Part shown: one piece after another, positions 56,921 to 64,000 of the stretch
Layout of the letters: every line of letters begins with the position of its first letter
How positions within the stretch are numbered: position 1 is the stretch's first letter
Origin: Octopus sinensis
Taxonomy: Eukaryota
Assembly: GCF_006345805.1 (NCBI RefSeq)
Contig: NC_042997.1
Span: 61,938,001 to 62,002,000, forward strand
Length of the DNA stretch: 64,000 nucleotides
Direction of reading: 5' to 3'
Translations under genes and position numbers: made by a program
The notes under the pieces: model-generated
What the model saw: the letters and a program-made list of their open reading frames with translations, nothing else
Told to the model about the DNA's origin: nothing
Databases searched by the model: none

Positions 56921-57560
56921 TGCGGACACAACTATATTGGACAGACGAGTATGACCTTCAGAAAGAGAACCACTCTACATAAAGAGCAAATCCATTTCCC
57001 GTAATACAGGCAAATTGCTCTCAGTGAACATATAGAAAAATGTGCAGATAACATCAAACCAAATTTCACAGTCTTCCCCTTCTACTAGTGCAAAGACAAA
57101 ATCTGTTTAAATAAAGAATGTTTAAATAAAGAAACTTTTTCATTGAAAAATACGGGGCACGTCTTAATATGCACACATAATTAACCTTTATCTTTTTACA
57201 TATTTCAATTCATGATTACATCACTGTACATAAATCCCCTCACTAAACAAGTTTTTCAAAACCTTTTTTTTTTGTCTGTGCATATATATTCCCCTCCCCT
57301 TACCGAAAGCTGAACAGTTATCTCCCTTGCCCACAACAATAACAATAATAACAATAGCCAATTACCTCCCCTTATTTTTCTACTTGTGAAGTCATTCACT
57401 CGTAAATATCATCACACACAACATGGACAAAATTTCTTAAGAAAATACATATTCAAATAAGTAAAGCATAATGTCATGAATAGCGATAGCGAAACCAGTC
57501 GATATATTAAAAATTATATTAAAACTATGTAAAGTGTGCATATTTTCCCCTTTTAATTTC
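56921..57560 (+). mobile_element. Penelope-like GIY-YIG 3' fragment with pLTR-like 3' region
   Basis: CGHNYIGQTSMTFRKR...LSEHIEKC...FTVFPFY...LNKE.FFIEKY, followed by aattacctcccct motifs shared with 44490-44535. Confidence 0.78.
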
Positions 57561-57673
57561 TTACATATATTACAACTCACCACGTGAAGATAATAGAAAT
57601 TCCTCCTTTCTGTTACTACTACTACTACTACTACTACTATATATATATATATATATTATATATATATATATAT

Positions 57674-57719
<46 letters not shown>

Positions 57720-57763
57720 CATATATATATCTATGCACATATGTGTTTCTATATATGTGCATA

Positions 57764-58637
57764 TGTGATCTGATTAATAAGTATCTGAGCTGTTACTATA
57801 TTAATGAAGCTAAAGCATGTAGAGTGAAGCTGCTTGGTACAGAATGACCTTGAACTCTGCTGTGCACGAACACTAAGTTTTAATGTCCTAGCTCACTTCT
57901 GCTGTTTACAGCAGTGCTTGGAAGATAGGTGTGTAGTGTGAGATTGACACATTGACCATGACAGAGGAAGTTGAGCAGAGAATCTGCATCAGATTTTGTG
58001 AAAAGCTTGGTAATACCTACTCAGAGGCCTATGCAAAGTTTTAAAAAAGTTTTCATTGTTCTCAACACAATCAAGATCTTTTGCAACTGAAACCCATGTG
58101 TCTTTTCGGTCAGCTGAAAACAGTTTTGGCGCAAATTTGGCAGACACATATCTCATACCCAAATCTTCAGTGATAATGCTCTGAACTAAACTGTAATTAA
58201 TCTGCACATCCTCTGATAATTCACGGATGGTGATTCGAAGATTTTCCCTCAACTTTACACACATCTGTGATATTTCTCTCTGTTCTGTTGGTTGTGGGTC
58301 TCCCTGAACGTTTGTCAATATTGGCATCTTTTCGGCCATCTTGGAAATGTCTCACCTACTCATACACTTGTGTGTGGCTCATACACTGCTCTCCATACAC
58401 TTTCTGCAATTTTGTATAGGCCTCTGAGCAGGTATCACCATAACAACTTTTTCTGTCATGGTCATTGTGAAAATCATCGCTACACACCTTCCTTCCAAGC
58501 ACTGCTGTAAACAGCGGAAGTGAGCTAGAATGTTAAAACTTAGTGCACATGCAGAGTAGTGTTCAAGGTCAACCTTCACCAAGCAGCTTTACTCTGTTAC
58601 TATGGCAACAGCCCAGGTATATATTGATCAGACCTCT
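57764..58637 (-). mobile_element. Second fold-back two-left-end mariner, opposite orientation to 33725-34603
   Basis: Short arm 57764-58042, long arm 58043-58637 ending tgatcagacctct+TA. Same junction and same long-arm deletion as 33725-34603. Confidence 0.85.
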
Positions 58638-58657
58638 TATCTATATGAATGAATGGA

Positions 58658-58830
<173 letters not shown>

Positions 58831-58931
58831 TTCATATACATATTTATATGCGGGTGTGTTTTTGGGTTGGTTATGTATTTATATATCTTTGCTAAAACAA
58901 GATTCAACTTGAAATTGCACATTAATGCATA

Positions 58932-60750
58932 TATCATCATCATCATCATCATCATTTAACGTCCGCTTTCCATGCTAGCATGGGTTGGACGGTTCAACTG
59001 GGGTCTGGGGAGCCCGAAAGCTGCACCAGTCCAGTCAGATCTGGCAGTGTTTCTACAGCTGGATGCCCTTCCTAACGCCAACCACTCTGAGAGTGTAGTG
59101 GGTGATTTTATGTGCTACCGACACAGGTGCCAGACGAGGCTGGCAAACGGCCACGCTCGGATGGTGTTTTTATGTGCCACCGACACAGGTGCCAGACGAG
59201 GCTGGCAGACGGCCACGCTCGGATGGTGTTTTTATGTGCCACCGACACAGGTGCCAGATGAGGCTGGCAAAACGGCCACGATCGGATGGTGCTTGTTACG
59301 TGCCCACAGCACGGAGGCCAGTCGATGCGGTACTGGCTACGGCCACGTTCGGATGGTTTTCTTGTGTGCCACGTGCCACCGGCACTGGTACCACAAGGAT
59401 ACAAATTCCATTGATGTTCATCTATTTTGATTTGTTTTGATTTGATTTTCACTTGCCTCAACAGGTCTTCACAAGTGTCACAAGAAGGAAGGTGGACTGA
59501 CTACGTCCCAGGTAGGGGCCATGGGTTATGGCCTGACTAGTCTTGCCGGGTCTTCGGATGGTGTTTTTATGTGCCACCGACACAGGTGCTAGATGAGGCT
59601 GGCGAACGACCACGATCGGATGGGGTTTGTCATGTGCCTACCACACTGACTACAGCACTGATGGATTTCTTGTGTGCCACAGGCACTGGTACCACAAGAT
59701 ACAAATTCCATTGATGTTCATCTATTTGTCTATTTTGATTTGATTTGATTTGATTTGATTTTCACTTGCCTCAACCGGTCTTCACAGGTGTCACAAGAGG
59801 AAGGTATGCACAGGTGGACTGACTAGTCTTGCCGGGTCTTCGGAAGGTGTTTTTTATGTGCCACCGACACAGGTGCCAGATGAGGCTGGCGAACGGCCAT
59901 GATCGGATGGTGTTGTTACGTGCCCACAGCACGGAGGCCGGTCGATGCGGAACTGGCTACGGCCACGTTCGGATGGTTCTCTTGTGTGCCACCGGCACTG
60001 GTACCACAAAGATACAGATTCCATTGATGTTCATCTATTTTGATTTGTTTTGATTTTGATTTTCACTTGCCTCAACAGGTCTTCACAAGTGTCACAAGAA
60101 GGAAGGTATGCACAGGTGGACTGACTACGTCCCAGGTAGGGGCCATGGGTTATGGCCTGACTAGTCTTGCCGGGTCTTCGGATGGTGTTTTTATGTGCCA
60201 CCGACACAGGTGCTAGATGAGGCTGGCGAACGGCCACGATCGGATGGTGTTTGTCATGTGCCCACAGCACGGAGGCCAGTCGGTGCGGTACTGGCTACGG
60301 CCACTTTCGGATGGCTTCCTCTTGTGTGCCACCGGCACTGGTACCACAAAGATACAAATTCCATTGATGTTCATCTATTTTGATTTGTTTTGATTTTCAC
60401 TTGCCTCAACAGGTCTTCACAAGTGTCGCAAGAACTACGTCCCACGGGTTATGACCTGACTAGTCTTGCCGGGTCTTCGGATGGTGTTTTTATGTGCCAC
60501 CATGTTCCCACATCACGGAGGCGAGTCGACGCGGTACTGGCTACGGCCACGTTCGGATGGTTTTCTTGTGTGCCACAGGCACTGGTACCACAAAGATACA
60601 AATTCCATTGATGTTCATCTATTTTGATTGATTTTCACTTGCCTCAGCAGGTCTTCACAAGTGTCACAAGAAGGAAGGTATGCACAGGTGGATCGACTAC
60701 GTCCCAGGTAGGGGCCACGGGATATGGCCTGACTAGTCCTGCCGGGTCCT
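58932..60750 (-). repeat. RTE 3' UTR: five tandem units (four complete ones of 273-338 bp), three 62-bp subrepeats, terminal region and (GAT)n tail
   Basis: Junction ccgggtctt|cgga(t/a)ggtg at 59554, 59840, 60178 and 60477. Subrepeats at 59107-59291. Confidence 0.92.
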
Positions 60751-63598
60751 CTCATGCACAGCACACTTCCATAAGACTCGGTCTTCAGTCATTTCCTTGG
60801 TGAGACCTAAAGTTCGAAGGTCGTGCTTCACCACCTCGTCCCAGGTTTTCCTGGGTCTACCTCTTCCACAGGTTCCCTCAACTGCTAGGGTGTAGCACTT
60901 TTGCACACAACTATCTTCAGCCATTCTCGTCACATGACCATACCAGCGCAGCCGTCTCTCTTGCACACCACAACTGACACTTCTTAGGTTCAACTTTTCT
61001 CTCAAAGTACTTACACTCTGACGATTATGAACACTGACATTACACATCCATCGGAGCATACTGGCTTCATTTCTTGCAAGCTTACGCATATCCTCAGCTG
61101 TCACGGCCCATGTTTCACTACCATGTAGCATGGCTGTACGTACACACGCATCATATAGTCTGCCTTTTACTCTTAGCGAGAGGCCTTTTGTCACCAGCAG
61201 GGGTAAGAGCTCTCTAAACTTTGCCCAGGCTATTCTTACTCTAGCAGTTACACTTTCAGCACACCACCCCCGCTACTGACTTGGTCTCCTAGGTAGCGGA
61301 AGCTATCAACTACTTCTAGTTTGTCTCCCTGGAACGTGGTAGAAGTTGGTCTCTGCACATTTCCAGTGTTTATTTCTCTTGAGCATCTGCCACAGACAAA
61401 AACTATTTTCTTAGTTAGCCTTCCTTTGACATTGCTGCACCTCTTATGTGTCCATAGCTTACACTTGGTGCACCTTATAGAGTTTCTACCTACACCTTTT
61501 TTACAGATCGAGCAGGGCCATCTACCTGAAGTCGTTTGTGGTTGGTCCACCTTCCTACTTATTAGGACTTTGGTTTTGGCTAGGTTGATTCTAAGGCCCT
61601 TCGATTCTAATCCTTGTTTCCACACCTGAAACTTCTCCTCCAGTTCTGATAGTGACTCAGCAATTAGAGCAAGGTCATCAGCATATAGGAGCTCCCAGGG
61701 GCATCCTGTCTTAAATTCTTCCGTTATTGCCTGGAGGACTATGATAAATAGGAGGGGGCTGAGGACTGAACCTTGGTGGACCCCAACCTCTACCCGGAAT
61801 TCTTCACTGTACTCGTTGCCAACCCTCACCTTACTAGCTGCATCTCTGTACATGGCTCGCACAGCTCTCACTAACCATTCATCTATCCCTAGTTTCCTCA
61901 TTGACCACCAGATAAGGGATCGGGGGACCCTGTCAAAGGCTTTCTCTAAGTCAACAAAAGCCAGGTACAAGGGCTTACCTTTGGCTAGGTATTTCTCCTG
62001 CAGCTGTCTTACCAGGAATATAGCATCAGTAGTACTTTTCCCTGGCACGAACCCAAACTGCATATCATCTAAGCTAACTCTCTCTCTAATTAACTGGGCT
62101 ATAACCCTCTCCGTGACCTTCATTACCTGATCCAACAGCTTGATGCCCCTGTAGTTATTTGTATCTAGGGCATCGCCTTTACCTTTGTAGCAGTTGACTA
62201 TTATGCTGCTACACCAGTCATTGGGTATGACTCCTTCGTGTATCACCTGGTTAACTATACGGGTGACTATGCTATAGCCGACACTACCAGATATTTTGAG
62301 CATCTCTGCAGTAATTCCTGATGGGCCTGGGGCTTTCCCTGTCTTCATGCTTCTAATTGCCTTAGCTACCACGGAACTATCAACTCGGATAGCTGGTCCC
62401 TCTGTTGGGTCAACATTCGGCAGACTCTCTTTATCCCATTCATTTTCCTCATTCAGCAACCTTTCATAGTGGCGTCTCCAAGCTTCTCTCTTTGCATCCT
62501 CATTTAGCGCAAGTGAACCATCCTCCATGCGAACACATTTCTCTCCTCCCACATCTCGATTCTCTCTCACACACTGTCTTGCAACACGAAATACCTCAAG
62601 TCTTTCATCCTCACGGCGCAGGACATTGGCAAATTTTCTTTTATCTGCTTCCCCTCTGGCTAGATAGACCTGTCTCCTGGCTTCCCTTCTGGCAGTCTGA
62701 TACACTTCCCTGCTACCACCGTTCTTCCAGGCCTTCCAAGCCTGTTTCTTTTGTCTAATAGCCCTATCAACAATATTGTTCCACCACCATGTATTTTGGG
62801 TCTTAAGGGGACTTTGCACCAGCCACAGATCTGGTCAGCGGCTTTCAGCAGGTTGTCCCTCAGAAACGTCCAGTTGTCTTCTACCCCATGTGTAGCTATA
62901 CCCCCTTCCACTTCGTCAAAGGCTTCAAGTAACATATCTCTAAATCTCTGTCCATTCGCAGGGTCTTTAAGCTTCCAGACCCTTCTTCTCCATGTTGGTC
63001 GTCTTCTAGTCGCCCTCTTAGTCCTGATCCTAAAGTCACTAACTACCAGTCTATGTTGTGGGGGTGCATTCTTCGCCTGGGAAGGTTTTGGCATTTATAA
63101 GCAGCCATCTTTCCCTTTTTCTGGCGAGGATGTAGTCGATTTGGCTAGTATGCCGGCCCGATCGGTAGGTGACCAGGTGGCTTGTTGGTTTCCTGAAGTT
63201 AGTGTTGCAGATCATAAGACTATTCGCATCGCAGAACTCCAGCAGCCTGGTTCCCTCCTCGTTGCGGGAACCATAACCGTAGCCTCCATGCACGCCATGG
63301 AAGCCCCCAGCATGTCGTCCAACATGCCCATTGAAATCACCAGCCACAAAGAGAAGGTCCCTGTCGTTCGTCAATGAGGTGGTCTGCAGTAGGGTGTCAT
63401 AGAAACTGTCTTTCTGTCCATCGGGTAGCCCTGGCTGAGGGGCATAGGCCGATATAATGGTTGCTAATCTATTATGAAGCACTATTCTAATCTTAAGTAT
63501 TCTGTCACTTACTCTGATTACCTCAATTACTCTATCTATCCATTTCTCAGCAATAAGTATACCCACGCCACCAACCCCGTCAGTGTTCCCTGCCCGAA
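60733..63598 (-). mobile_element. RTE-clade LINE ORF (APE endonuclease, RT, PHD-like finger), 5'-truncated within the endonuclease domain
   Basis: GVGGVGIL, ISAYAPQ, GDFNGHVG, SQIDYIL (APE); NYRGIKLL, QFGF.PGKSTTDAIF, FVDLEKAFDRV, GVHQGSVLSPLLF, LLYADDL (RT); RRLRWYGHVTRM...GRGRPRKTW thumb. Three 1-nt frameshifts; no internal stop in the reconstructed frame. Confidence 0.95.
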
Positions 63599-64000
63599 TA
63601 TACTATTATTTTTTTTAAATGATGATTATGAGTTGTAACGGATTTGTTTTTGTGCTACTTTGCTTGATGCTAATTGTTTTTGCTATTATTTTTCAGTACA
63701 TTTCTGATCTGCTTGACACTTATTACAGCATGTTAGTGCCTTAAAACTATTATCAATTCAGAGAGCACAGTATACAACCACAGCTGTCAGTTGTCATGCG
63801 TTTGTAGAATTTAATGCAAGCCAAATGGATTACATATAATATCATGGCTTCGTTATTTTTATAAGAACATGTTTTGTGAAAGAACCATCATATGCATATT
63901 GTATTTGTATACATTCGAGTATGTGCTTTAAAACATGCACATATGAATATGCAAAGTGGTGTTGCATAAGTTATTGATAGTCAAGGGCAGCATTTAATAC

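Noticed and set aside
59440-59480. tgaaga-cct-gttg-agg-caagtgaaa in the RTE UTR as a hammerhead ribozyme
   Set aside because: It lacks the C of CUGA, and GAAA does not directly follow stem II. Kept only as a structural hairpin.
59107-60750. CRISPR-like appearance of regularly spaced repeats
   Set aside because: The intervening sequences are homologous to each other and to the RTE 3' UTR. The context is eukaryotic and there are no cas genes.
62405-63377. Plus-strand ORFs overlapping the RTE (and minus-strand ORFs within the CR1 element)
   Set aside because: These are antisense shadows of the retroelement coding frame with no independent motifs.

Overview
Eukaryotic genomic DNA, AT-rich and microsatellite-dense. 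The repeat repertoire suggests an octopus or other cephalopod (inference). The + strand carries seven GT-AG exons (1194-19684) of a Ste20-family SPAK/OSR1 kinase gene (OXSR1/STK39, Drosophila fray ortholog). They run from the catalytic loop (DIKAGN) through the T-loop, the end of the kinase domain, the WNK-target S-motif ([11 protein letters not shown]) and the MO25-binding WEW motif. The 5' exons and the C-terminal CCT-domain exons were not found in the window. There is a candidate 11-nt microexon at 30067-30077. The rest is intronic or intergenic: tRNA-derived SINEs, a long RTE LINE with a tandemly amplified 3' UTR plus several 3' fragments, CR1-group LINE copies, three Penelope-like elements, piggyBac, mariner and Tc1 relics and MITEs, kb-scale (TA)n/(TATG)n arrays, and a 100-N gap flanked by a probable assembly duplication. 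No prokaryotic-type system, CRISPR array or intact RNA gene is supported. The most unusual items are the RTE 3'-UTR concatemer, whose junction recurs in an independent copy, its structured 62-bp subrepeats, a PHD-like finger inside the RTE reverse transcriptase, a two-left-ended fold-back mariner family, and the candidate microexon and alternative acceptors of the kinase gene.
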